Assembly (NCBI GenBank): GCA_964016885.1
Contig: OZ024747.1
Location: 18,228,001-18,292,000 of the forward strand
Length of the DNA: 64,000 bases
Direction: 5' to 3'
Source of the DNA: Eledone cirrhosa
Taxonomy: Eukaryota
Positions 27,609 through 39,599 of this stretch are shown here, piece after piece (positions within the stretch are counted from its first letter, which is position 1; each line of letters begins with the position of its first letter). Both the position numbers and the translations under genes were made by a program. The notes beneath the pieces were generated by a model. It was not told where the DNA came from and ran no database searches. It saw nothing but the letters and a program-made list of their open reading frames with translations.

Positions 27609-29685
27609 AGCCCACCCTTTCGTTGCCAAATTTCTAATACAACTAACTTACCCATTATTAAGCTGCAGTTTGTAATGTAACAAAGGTGCTTACATATAAT
27701 TTTGATGGAAGGTTTTTAGATAAATATAAACTTTAAAATAAACTGTTTTGTATCATAGAACATAGGGTGGTTTCAGGGTGTTTGGTATCAAAAGGGTTAA
27801 GTTGGTATTTGAAACATAAACAATATAAAATAGAACTAAGGGTGATTTCAAACAGTCTGGTATTCGGGGTTAATCTGACAAAATTCTTTAATTGATGGTT
27901 TTCAGTTCAATTAGTCACCTAGTCACTAATCATTTTACTTCAAATTCTAAGAGGACATACCACAGCAATGAAGTGTCATTCCTGCTAGTAGTGAGTCTTC
28001 AAGACTAGTCAAGCATGCACTAATATACAACTTGTATGGAACATTTTTCTCACTGCTTTGCCAAGTACTCTCATTCATTTTAATTTAAGTACAAAACAGC
28101 ACAATGATTTCATCACATAAAAAAATTCAAGTCTTTAGTTTATTACAAATTTTTACAATGATCTGTTCACTAGTAAACATACTATAAACATTTGAATTAA
28201 CAAGCTCGATTTTAGATATTTTCTGCTAAATTATTACAAGATGTTAAGAGTTAATTAATAAAAATGGTGATTATGAATCAATGAGTACATTTCTTTTTGG
28301 TTGTTTTAGAACCTGCCAGAATTCTTTTAAGCTTTTGATATAAGTGGGTTGGTGGCCCCAAAAGTTTGAAAACCTCTGGTGTAGTAGGTGTGTTTTATTG
28401 TCTCACCAACACTAATGAGGTTGTCATGTCTTTGACGCTACTGAAGAGTCCTATCAACCCTTTTTTTTGGCATCGTTTCTACAGCTGGATGTCCAATGTG
28501 TTATTCCATTTTAAAGATATGTTTTGAAGTTGTTTGGTTGCTATTTCTAGCAGACCAATCCATTGGCTCATTAGACCTGTCTTGTTGGTAAGGTAAAGGA
28601 ATAGATGTCAGGTTTAATGATATTAAACAGAAACTAAGCTATCTACAATAAACTAGATCTGCTAGTGGCTGTTCATTCATAATGTTCATATCCCCGATAA
28701 AGGTGTGTGTATGTTTGCACAAGTGTGTATGTATGAGTGTGTGTTTCTGTACACGTGTGTGTGTGCTCACTGAAAATTGAATGGTTGGTGTACACAAGCA
28801 CACACATGTCTGTGTGTGAATGAATGTATATTTATATGTGTAGGTGTGTATGAATGTATATTTATATATATGTGTGTGTATAATGCATTAGTGTATTTTG
28901 TGTGTATGAGTCTGTAAATATATGTATATACATATGTATGTATGCATGTATGTATGTGTATATGTAATTCAGCTTATCAATAAATACAGTACTAACATAA
29001 CTTTAGCTCTGTGTTGTTGAAAATTAACTCTTTCTCTTTTCTTCAGATATTTTTCTCTTATAACAGGATAAAGGGATTGTCAATCTCTCCCCTGAGATTT
29101 TGGGTGTTCTTTAGCCATAGGTCAGCTCTGACTAATTGATCTTTTCTCAAAAAAGTGGTAGTGCTGGTACTACAATAAAATGCACCCAGTACATTTTCTA
29201 AAGTAAGTAGTATTAGGAAGGGCATCCAGCCATAGAAACATGCCAAAATGTGACATAAAATGTCTTCTCTAGTCAACCCAGTACTGTTAGTTACCCAGAG
29301 GAATTTGTGTACCAGTTGTTTTTTTTTGGGGGGGAGGGGGGGGGGGGGCTTTTTTGCTTGTGAGGAGTCTGATCAAGGCACTTTTCTATTATATCTCTTG
29401 TAATCAACGTACCTTTAGTCACCTTTACATTCTCACCAGACTGATCTTTCATTGTGCTAATGTTAATGCTGGCAGACTTGAATTTTTGCACCTGGCAGGA
29501 AGAGGAATGTGTGTGTGTATATATATATATACACATACACAGACTCACACACACACACACATTCACAAAATGGCTGACTAAACATATACATGCATTCCTT
29601 CCATAAAAAAAAGTACTGTTTCTTCTTTTTACTCTCATCTATCTTTCTATTTCTTCTTTTGTCTCTTATTCTGTTAGTCTATTTG

Positions 29686-29710
29686 CTGATGAAGTACTAA
29701 CATCCAAAAC
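29686..29710 (+). ncRNA. Degenerate minimal hammerhead core (Penelope pLTR-type)
   Basis: CTGATGA-AGTACTAACATCC-AAAACGTT. Homologous, including the downstream ctatttcaagYgttaa, to 56510-56537. Confidence 0.45.
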
Positions 29711-29793
29711 GTTCAGATTCTTTTCCTTCTATTTCAAGTGTTAAACTAATATATATCATCATTGTACACTGTCATTCAAGATAATTATTTTGT

Positions 29794-29843
29794 CTGACGA
29801 ATGAGTTAGATGTTTCTGTAAGAATCATCTAGTTTCTCGAAAC
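29794..29843 (+). ncRNA. Hammerhead core with extended stem II (family E, intact form; element to ~29951)
   Basis: CTGACGA-..GAG.TAGATG.TTCT gta AGAA.CATCTA..CTC-GAAAC. The downstream ~110 nt are homologous to 55084-55195. Confidence 0.7.
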
Positions 29844-29989
29844 CTTCGGTAATGGAATAATTATATTGTATTGTTTATTATGTAATTAAATAGCTCTGTA
29901 CTATACATAGAGCACTCTTCTTTTCTTTACCTTTTCTATGGAAATACTTAACACACACACTCATATATATATATATATATATATATATC

Positions 29990-30205
29990 TAAGGCGGGTA
30001 AAATTCCCGAGATCCATGGACGAGTTCTCTCCAGCGGTCTCTGTCCCTCATTATCGCTGCCATGTCCTGCATCTCCAACAGACCAGTGTCTATCCTTAGG
30101 GCATCAACATACGTTAACCTTGGTCTTCCTCTTCTAGTGTGTCTATGTAGGGGCTCCCAAGAAACTCACTCAGATGGTGGATGGATGCTACACGAGAATG
30201 CTGAG
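29990..30205 (-). mobile_element. RTE-type LINE C-terminal/3' fragment
   Basis: Minus strand reads WEPLHRHTRRGRPRLTYVDALRIDTGL...MRDRDRWRELV. Confidence 0.75.
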
Positions 30206-30255
30206 GATGGCTCTGAACATATATATATATATATATATCATCATCATCATCATCA

Positions 30256-30322
<67 letters not shown>

Positions 30323-30560
30323 ATACTTGGGGAGGGTCATATTTGTGTAATAATATTGCCAGAATTAATAACACACTCACTGTTTGGTCAAAAACCTCGC
30401 AAGACTATATATATATTATCATCATCATCATCATCTTCATTTAACGTCCATCTTCCATGCTAGCATAGTGTGTATGCAGATAAGTATTATACTTGTTGGC
30501 CCCATATAGTGATATTGACATATTAATTTTTTCTTCTTCCTCTCTCTCTCTCTCTCTCTC

Positions 30561-30634
<74 letters not shown>

Positions 30635-30816
30635 TCTCTCTCTCTCACACATGTAAAACCTTGTTCCCCTACACACAGAACACATTGTCCGGCCATTCAG
30701 TTATAACGAGTCTAATGTTTTACTGGTAGAGTAATGTACCACATACACACATACATACATGATCATCATCATCTTCATCATCTTCATTTAACGTCCATCT
30801 TCCACGCTACCATGGG

Positions 30817-30848
<32 letters not shown>

Positions 30849-31312
30849 CCCACACATCATCATTATCATCATCATCATACGTCTGCTTTTCCCTGCTTGT
30901 AAGGGTGGGACGAGTCCTATTCAGCAAAGCATCTCTCCACTTGTCACAGTCTTTCGTCATCTCCTCCGCCCATATATACCCATCATCATCATCATCATCA
31001 TCATCATCATTTAACGTCCATCTTCCACGATAGCAAATATATATATATATATATATGGTGTACGTACACACGCATATATAAATACACATACACACACACA
31101 CACACACACATGTAAGTGAGTCTGTGTCATCACACTGACATCACAGGACCTTTTGAGGCAATGTTTTACAACCAGATACCTCCTCATACCAAACCTATTA
31201 GTTGCTTCTTATTGACACACTGGGTTGTGGTGTACCCTATTCTAAATTAAATACACTTGTACACTGGATATACATGTATGTATGTGTGTATGTGTGTGTA
31301 TGTGTGTTAATG

Positions 31313-31730
31313 TCAGGTCACCAGTTGGTGCTACTGGTAACATGTATCCCAGTACAACCTGTCTCATGGTCGGGTCGTTGGCGACTAAACTGGCAACCCC
31401 ACCAATGTTTCTTGGTGAGGAGGGTGACTTTGGACATCCTGCAGGACTAAAAACAAAACCTGTCAAAGGGCAAAGGAACTCTTAAGAGTCAATGGCAATC
31501 CAAAATCACCGGGAGAGATGACTCCTTAGCCTTTGACAAGGCAGAATTCTAGGAGAAGGAAAACTCTGATATAACACCTGCAACTCTGATGGTATCCAAT
31601 GATGTTGACTTGTTCTTCTTTTTGGTAAATATCATCTTGGTTAAGAGAGTGGGACTGGCTTTGTGCAGTGCCTTTGCTCACTATAAAAGCTTCACGGCAC
31701 AGGCATTGCTTTATATCTGGAGATCTCTCT
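31313..31730 (+). mobile_element. Probable LINE (RTE) 5' UTR fragment
   Basis: GC-richer segment with gtcgttggcgactaaactggcaacccc...aaaacctgtcaaagggc motifs that resemble RTE 5' regions. Recognised from memory only, not aligned. Confidence 0.4.
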
Positions 31731-31920
31731 GCACTTGTCGTCACATGGTACCATGGGCCCAGCACTATGTGTCAATAATTGTCACAAGTGTAGTGTTTGT
31801 ACCAGAGTTTTCAATTCGCTGGCTGGACTAAAAAGTCACACTTGTTCAGCGCATCGGTAGGGATTCTCCTACATGGATATAAAGTAGTGGCCGTACTCGA
31901 AAACGAGTTGGCAGCCACCA

Positions 31921-31968
<48 letters not shown>

Positions 31969-31972
<4 letters not shown>

Positions 31973-32208
31973 AACAAGTAAGACCCCGACGGCTGAGCTC
32001 AAGCCGTTTCGGCGGCTAATTCTGGACTGAATGAAAATTAATTGAAAATTTATGAATAAATTTTCATTCAGTCCAGAATTAGCCGTCGAAACGGCTTGAG
32101 CTCAGCCGTCGGGGTCTTACTTGTTCCTATTACCCACTCTACTACCCTAAGTATTGAGTACTTTGGTGCGTTATCGTCCACCTGGTTCCTTACCACATTT
32201 CCTTCGTT
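31969..32208 (+). mobile_element. Fold-back element family A, copy 3
   Basis: Arms 31969-32039 and 32059-32129 (one mismatch), GAAAC in the right arm, ~80-nt tail, (TA)n on both sides. Confidence 0.9.
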
Positions 32209-32466
32209 ATATATATATATATATATTCATCATCATCATCTATATATATAATCATCATTTACGTCCGTCCCTTTACGATCTGAGTTCAAATCCCGCCAAG
32301 GTTAACTTTGCCTTTCATCCTTACGAGGTCGATAAAATAAAGTACCAGTAATGTACTGGGTAATTGCTGGCCTTGTGCCGAAAGTGGAAACAATTATTTA
32401 ACATTGGTTTTCTCTATTAGCCATCACATTCCAAACCAGTAATTAATCTCCAACCTCGGAACTCCC

Positions 32467-32532
<66 letters not shown>

Positions 32533-32775
32533 ACCCACAAAACTCTTGACTGATCAATAGATAAGATAGGTCCTCATACTTTATTTAAGATTCATTTGAT
32601 AAACTAATATATACGTGCCTACAGTCTCCCAAAGTATTTTTAGGTTATCTCACAAGACATATTCTTCTTAAGTGCCTATAAATAGCTACTTTGGTATATT
32701 TAAGGCCAGATGCGCACACATTGTGTGTATGTGTACATGAGAGTGTGCATATATATATATATATATATATAGGTA

Positions 32776-32814
<39 letters not shown>

Positions 32815-32861
32815 GTATGTGTGTGTGTGTGTATATATATAAAGATATATATATATAGGTA

Positions 32862-32909
<48 letters not shown>

Positions 32910-32911
32910 TA

Positions 32912-32943
<32 letters not shown>

Positions 32944-32978
32944 GGTATGTGTGTGTGTGTGTGTGTGTTCCCCATATT

Positions 32979-33013
<35 letters not shown>

Positions 33014-33017
<4 letters not shown>

Positions 33018-33211
33018 AACCAGTAAGACCCCGACAGCTGAGCTCAAGCCGTTTCGACGGCTAATTCTGGACTAAGTCCAGAATTAGCCGTCGAAACGGC
33101 TTGAGCTCAGCTGTCGGGGTCTTACTGGTTCCTATTACCCACTCTACTACCTCAAGTATTGAGTACTTTGGTGCGTTATGGTCCACCTGGTTCCTTACCA
33201 CATTTCCTTCG

Positions 33212-33213
<2 letters not shown>
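33014..33213 (+). mobile_element. Fold-back element family A, copy 4
   Basis: Perfect 60-bp arms 33014-33073 and 33075-33134 with a 1-nt spacer. Tail to 33213. (TA)n on both sides. Confidence 0.9.
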
Positions 33214-33244
<31 letters not shown>

Positions 33245-33245
<1 letters not shown>

Positions 33246-34278
33246 TAGGTGAGGTACCCAGCGTTGCTAGGGTTTAAGTAATACAATTGTTTGTGCAGAA
33301 ACAACACTTGATGAAGCTCTCGGTTGAATTAAGTCTTATAGGAAAACACGGTCATCGTCGGAGATGTCCACACCACGGCCAACTGGTTAATGCAACTTGC
33401 AGAAGCCTTCTATCCATCCCATAATATGTTCTATTCGGTTAAATATACGCATGTTAGCAGCAAAGATGACACAGCCTAGGGTGGGTAGGTAAATTTTAAA
33501 TATCCTTATGGCCCACGTGCCAACTGTGGCCCGCTGAAGATTTCTATTCGATTCACAAAGGGTTCTGCCCGGTATAAATTTTTGGAAAATACCCCCACAT
33601 TACCCAACCAGAGCCCATAAATCCCATTTGTCTGTTTAAAACTCAGCCCGTGGAGGGCAAATTCAATTGTTATACAATTGTTGTACAGCCCTCTGTCCCG
33701 CTGGAGAAAACCATCCACTGCACATAAGTGGTGTATCTATAATGTTTGAAAAAAGTATTTGTGACATTCGACATTTACGGTGTTTTCACTTTATTAAGGT
33801 GCCCTGGGGAAACTTTTAACACCTTATTGATGCATAAATAATGCACCTGTACAGTTTAAAGCAAATTGGTTGCTCATATCAGAAGAAACAAACCAAATGA
33901 AAAAGAAGTTTGGTCGGCTTTTTGCCTTCCGCGAGTTGTCTGGGATAATTCTAAGCCCAAAGCCATCCTTAGCACATAATTTATCTGTGTTTCAATTTTG
34001 AAGGGAATCAGTTGAGAACTTTAAAAGTTATGGCAGTTGAGAACTTTAAAAGTTATGACATTCACATGCAAATGTCCTATTGATTTATAGAAAAAAAAGC
34101 GATGCAGACTGGAAATTATCGATTTTTCAAAACTTCAAAGTACGTAAGAAATCAAATGGGCATGAGCCCCACACACGTGTCAAGTTTCATCAAGATCGGT
34201 TTGGTAGTTTTTTAGTTTTAGGTTCACAAACAAACACACAAACACAAACAGACAGAAATTGCCATTTATGCATATAGA
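33245..34278 (-). mobile_element. Non-autonomous Helitron
   Basis: Minus-strand 5' TC(TATA) at 34278 and 3' CTAG at 33245-33248. Subterminal hairpin acccagc-gtt-gctagggt. Subterminal caagtttcatcaagatcgg and (ACAA/ACAG) motifs are typical of animal Helitron-N elements. Confidence 0.7.
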
Positions 34279-34297
34279 AGTATACAGGACTAGAACT

Positions 34298-34321
34298 GTT
34301 TCATTCGCATGAAATCATCAG
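34298..34321 (-). ncRNA. Minimal hammerhead core, family F (inverted-repeat element 34283-34460)
   Basis: Minus strand CTGATGA-TTTC-ATGC-GAAT-GAAAC-AGTTCTAGTCCTGTA. The plus strand repeats GAATGAAACAGTTCTAGTCCTGTA at ~34334-34357. Confidence 0.65.
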
Positions 34322-34470
34322 ATGGTTTAATATGAATGAAACAGTTCTAGTCCTGTAGAAGTCATTTCTATATAAAATAAAAAATGCTTATACTCTACCA
34401 ATATACTGAGTTCCTTTTTTTTTATCTGTGGTTAATCCCCCCCCCCAACCCAGCTTGTAAATCTACATAT

Positions 34471-34587
<117 letters not shown>

Positions 34588-34597
34588 GTATATATAT

Positions 34598-35688
34598 GTA
34601 GGAGGTGAGTTTTATTGTAGTACAATAAAGCAATGCAGATATCGGATAAGAAGCACTCTACAGTTTGTAGGACTGGAGTATACATAATATAAGATCAAAA
34701 GATGGTTAAAGGAGTTCCATGTATTTTATTATGCGCATTTCAAAAACAAACATCATCATGCAATAATATTTGTGTTTTTATCAGATAAAACAGGAGAACA
34801 TGATATGAAGGCTAAAAAACACTTGTGGAACTCATTCTTAATACATATTAACTCCTTATTCGCACATATTATCAATTCCTTCAATATACAAACTTTAACT
34901 TCACATTATTTTTCTCAAATCCTTCTACACACAAACCTTAATAATTTTTTTCTCTTCGTTAATTTTGAAATTGCCACAATACTTATCAACATGCACTTTT
35001 TTTTTTTTTTTGACGTTAGAATATTCATCCACAATTATTATTTTTTCTCTCTATCTTCATACATAAATTCCCTTCGTTAATTTTCAAATTCTTTTAATTT
35101 ATACATTATCTTCCAACGGTTCTCAACCTCTCTATGTAAAACAATATATCTTTTCTCAGTTATAAAAACTATCTCTTTCTCTCTATCACCCATCTCTCCC
35201 TCTCCACCTTCACTCTCATCTCCTCCCCATTTTTTCATCCTTTCCACCCCCCCTCCCTAAATAAAATATTTTTTCCTCGTACATATCTTCCCTTCGTTGA
35301 TTTTCAAATTCTTTTAATTTATACATTATCTTCCAACGGTTTTCAACCTCTCTATGTAAAACAATATATCTTCTCTCAGTTATAAAAACTATCTCTTTCA
35401 CTCTATCACCCATCTCTCCCTCTCATCTCCTCCCCTTTTTCATCCTTTCCACCCCCCCCCCTTTCTAAATAAAATATTTTTCCCAATATCACACATCAAT
35501 CTAAAACCACTTTTCATATGTTGATTTAAAACTGCACTATCCACAAGTGTTTTTTAGCCTTCATATCATGTTCTCCTGTTTTATCTGATGAAAACACAAA
35601 TATTATTGCATGATGATGTTTGTTTTTGAAATGCGCATAATAAAATACATGGAACTCCTTTAACCATCTTTTGATCTTATATTATATG

Positions 35689-35690
<2 letters not shown>
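34598..35690 (+). mobile_element. Penelope-like 3' fragment with inverted pseudo-LTRs (family H)
   Basis: ~150-bp inverted repeat 34680-34830 vs 35540-35690, each carrying a hammerhead core. Internal ~220-bp tandem duplication (35070 and 35290). (TA)n arrays on both sides. Confidence 0.65.
35585..35632 (+). ncRNA. Hammerhead core with ~15-bp stem II
   Basis: CTGATGA-AAAC-ACAAATATTATT-GCAT-GATGATGTTTGT-TTTT-GAAAT. Stem pairs with G-U wobbles. The inverted copy at 34737-34784 has CTGATAA. Confidence 0.7.
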
Positions 35691-35719
<29 letters not shown>

Positions 35720-35746
35720 GTACATATATATATGTATATATATATG

Positions 35747-35779
<33 letters not shown>

Positions 35780-36222
35780 GTATATATATGTATATATATA
35801 TGTATATATATATATAGTTATATATGTATATATATATATAGTTATATATGTATATATATATATAGTTATATATGTATATATATATATAGTTATATATGTA
35901 TATATATATATAGTTATATATGTATATATATATATAGTTATATATGTATATATATATATAGTTATATATGTATATATATATATAGTTATATATGTATATA
36001 TATATATAGTTATATATGTATATATATATATAGATATATATGTATATAGATATATATGTATATGTATATATATATGTATATATATATGTATGTATATATA
36101 TGTATATATATATATGTATATATATGTATATATATATATGTATATATATGTATATATTATATATATATGTATATATATATGTATATATATGTATATATTA
36201 TATATATATGTATATATATATG

Positions 36223-36261
<39 letters not shown>

Positions 36262-36286
36262 GTATATATATGTATGTATATATATG

Positions 36287-36321
<35 letters not shown>

Positions 36322-36322
36322 G

Positions 36323-36357
<35 letters not shown>

Positions 36358-36358
36358 G

Positions 36359-36393
<35 letters not shown>

Positions 36394-36443
36394 GTATATA
36401 TATGTATGTATATATGTATGTATATGTATATATATATATGTAT
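35686..36443. repeat. (TA)n/(TATG)n array with a 24-bp higher-order subarray
   Basis: GTTA recurs every 24 bp from 35817 to 36009. Confidence 0.95.
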
Positions 36444-36444
36444 A

Positions 36445-37389
36445 ATGAAAAATTGAACAGGGACAGAACAGAGAGGCAGTACGATAAATGTTTATTAAAT
36501 TCACGCTCAGGAGAGTGGGGGGTAGGTGGAGGACGACGTTTCGGGCATAAGCCCTTCTTCAGGTGAGAGTTCAAAAGGTGTGTAGGGGAGTGGTGGAGAG
36601 ACATATAGCGAAAGGAAACGGTGCGAATGAAAAATTAACAAATAAAGACAAAAATATAATAAATAAAAATAAAGCATGATCAAAATACAAGGAATGAGAA
36701 CATTTAAAAATAAAGGCATGATCAAAATAAACTGAAATTAAAAGGGGGGTAAACAGGTGGTGGAAGGGTGTGGGGTGAGTAGAGGTGGTGGCGGGTGGAG
36801 TGGGGAGAGGGAGACGGGGTGTCCGAGCGGGGAGGGCTGAGGTGGTGTGTGTGGTTAGGTGTGCGTGTGTGTGTGTGTGTGTGTATGTGAAAGTGAGGGT
36901 TGGAGGAAGAACGGGGTTGCATGTTCAGGAAGGTGTGTGTGGGGGTTGTTTTTGTGTGTCGGAGTGTCTGTGCGTGTGTGGATAGGGGGGTGGGGGGAGA
37001 GGAATCAGGGGGCTGAGGGTGTAAATATGTGGTGGGAAGCACGTGTGTGTGGTTTAAGCGTGTTGTGGGTGTGGGTGGCGTGTGGATAAAAAAAATTGTT
37101 TTGGGATGTGTGTGTGGGTGAGTTATATAGGTGATGGTGTAAGACGATGGTTGAAAGTGGTAAGTTACACGGATGTATGGAGATTTTGGTTGGAAGTCAA
37201 AACGCGTGTGGGTAATCCAAGAAGCGGTGGTCGGAAGAGGAGAGATGTGGGGTGCGCGCGCAACAGGAAGTGGTCAACAGTGGAAGTGCTGTGGTCAGTT
37301 GGTGCTGAGACAGTGGTCGGAAGGGCATAGCAGCAGTCAGCGGAATGGTAGGGAGGCGAGGATGGGTAGGTGTGAGAGTTGGAGTGAGG

Positions 37390-37420
<31 letters not shown>

Positions 37421-39304
37421 ATTAGTAGGGGTGTTAGTGGGATGAGTGAGTGTGGAGTGGGGAGAGAAGGGGGTGTGTGGTTCTATGGAGGGAGTGTGGT
37501 GTACTGGTGTGTGTGTAGTTTGGTGAGGAGGTGTTAGTGGGTGTTAGTAGACGGGAGGTGGGGGTGGTGGAATGCAGGTGTGAGTGGGGGTTAGTGGGGG
37601 TAGGGTGTGTAGAGTTGGTGGTGTACGAGGGTGTGTGGGTACGTGTGCGTGGGGTTGGAGGGTGTTAGTGATGTTAGTTGCGTGTGGGGTGGGTGGTGTA
37701 AGTGTGTGCGTGTGATAAGGAGGGGGGAGGAGGAGAAGAGGGGAGGGAAGGGATGTTAGTATGTTAGTTGGGGAAGGGTGGTCAGATGAGGGGTGGAGTG
37801 GAGTGGAGGTGTTAGTATTGTTAGTGTGGGGTGGGCGGTGAAAAGGAGGGGTGTGTTAGTGGTGTTAGTGGGGGATAAGTGGGGGAGGGGGGCGGTCGAA
37901 CGCTAAAGGAATAAGGGTGGGGAGTTCAGGCCGGGGGGAGTGTGGGTCTGTAAGAGGAAGATAGTACGTTGTTCGACCGTGAGGCGATGGGCGGGTGTTC
38001 CGTGGCACTGGAGTAGGCCACAGACTGTGAGATGGCGTGCGGAGTGTCCAGGGCCACCAAAGTGGCGGGCGATGGGGAAACTGCCCCCGAGACGAATGTC
38101 CCGGAGGTGCTCCGTGACTCGGTCCGCCAGGCGACGTCCCGTCTGTCCGACATAAGTCGCGCTGCACCTCGTGCAACGAAGTCCGTAGACTAGGTTGGAG
38201 GAGGTGCAGCGGAAGGCATGCCGGACTGAGAGAGGGTGGCCGTTGGGACCCTGGAAGGTGGTTGTGTTGGTGATGTGGGGACAGGTGTTGCAGCGGGGCC
38301 TAGTAGGGAGCTGTGGACGAGGAGGGTGCGGAGATTGCGTGCGCGTTTGAAGGAGGGGAGTGGTGGGGTTGGGAAGATGTGGGAGGTGGGGGGGTCGGAC
38401 TGGAGGTGTCGGAAGAGGTGGCGGATGGTGCGGTGGAGGGGTAAGGTGGAGGGGTGGTAGGTGATGGGGAAGGGGAGACGGTGGGTGGGTGTGCGGTGGC
38501 GTGGGGTGAGGGTGGTGGAGCGGGGGATAGCACGGGCGCGGGTGAGAGCGGTGTGGACGAGAGAGGGGGGGTAACCTCTGCAGATGAAATGGCTGACTAG
38601 GGAAAGGGCCTGGGACTCGAAGTCAGCATCTCGGCTACAGAGGCGGCGGATCCTGAGAAGTTGGGAGTAGGGAATGGAGAGTTTAGTGTGGGTGGGGTGG
38701 GAAGAGGTGAAGTCGAGGTAAGAGTGGGAGTCGGTGGGTTTGAAGAAGGCGGAGGTGACGAGGGAGTGGTGGGAGGGGCCGAAGGCGACGGAGATGTCCA
38801 AGAAGTGGACGTGGGTGGTGAAGTGGAGGGAGGGGTGGAAGGAGCAGAAGAAGGAGAGAAAGGAGGCGAGCTGTACTCGGGTGAGGGTCGTGGCTCCGAT
38901 ACAGTCGTCAATGTAACGACCGTACAGTTCGGGCGTGGGGCCGGTGTACTAGGCAAAGATTTGGGCCTCAACATGGCCAACAAAAAGGTTGGCATAGTTC
39001 GGGCCCATTCTTGTGCCCATGGCTACCCCCGTGACCTGTTGGTAAAACTCACCCGAGAAGGAGAAACAATTTAGGGTGAGGACCAGCTCGGCGAGGCGAA
39101 GGAGGGTGGGGGTGGAGGGAATGGGGGAGGGGCGAAGGTCGAGGTAGTGTTTGAGGGCGCGAAGGCCGTCCGCGTGGGGGATGACGGTATAGAGGGACTT
39201 GATGTCTAGGGTGAAGAGGAATGGCTGAGGGCCGGGTAGGTAGGTGAAGGAGTCGAAAAGGCGCAGGGTGTGGTTGGTGTCAGAGATGTGGGAGGGGAGG
39301 GTGG
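36445..39304 (-). mobile_element. Penelope-like element (GIY-YIG-bearing, Neptune-like), 5'-truncated
   Basis: RT motifs: [76 protein letters not shown]. Endonuclease: CTSSNLVYGLRCTRCSATYVGQTGRRLADRVTEH..PIARHF..E..I..LQTHTPPGLN (~37920-38220). Long C/A-rich 3' region and a hammerhead core. Both ends abut TA arrays. In-frame stops/frameshifts are present. Confidence 0.92.
36538..36562 (-). ncRNA. Minimal hammerhead core in the Penelope pLTR
   Basis: Minus strand CTGAAGA-A-GGGC-TTAT-GCCC-GAAAC-GTCGTC. Confidence 0.8.
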
Positions 39305-39413
39305 TATATATGTATGTATATATATATATATGTATATATATGTATATATATGTATGTATATATATATATATATATGTATATATATGTATATATATATATG
39401 TCTATATATGTAT

Positions 39414-39454
<41 letters not shown>

Positions 39455-39510
39455 TATGTATATATATGTATGTATATATATATATGTATATATATGTATG
39501 TATATATATG

Positions 39511-39544
<34 letters not shown>

Positions 39545-39599
39545 TATGTATGTATCTTCTTCTTCTTCTTCTTCTTCTTCTTCCTCTTCTCTCCTTTCT

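Noticed and set aside
31969-33213. Family A hairpins as pre-miRNAs or classic MITEs
   Set aside because: They are dispersed multi-copy elements with locus-specific arms, a one-sided tail and variable loops, with no symmetric TIR ends.
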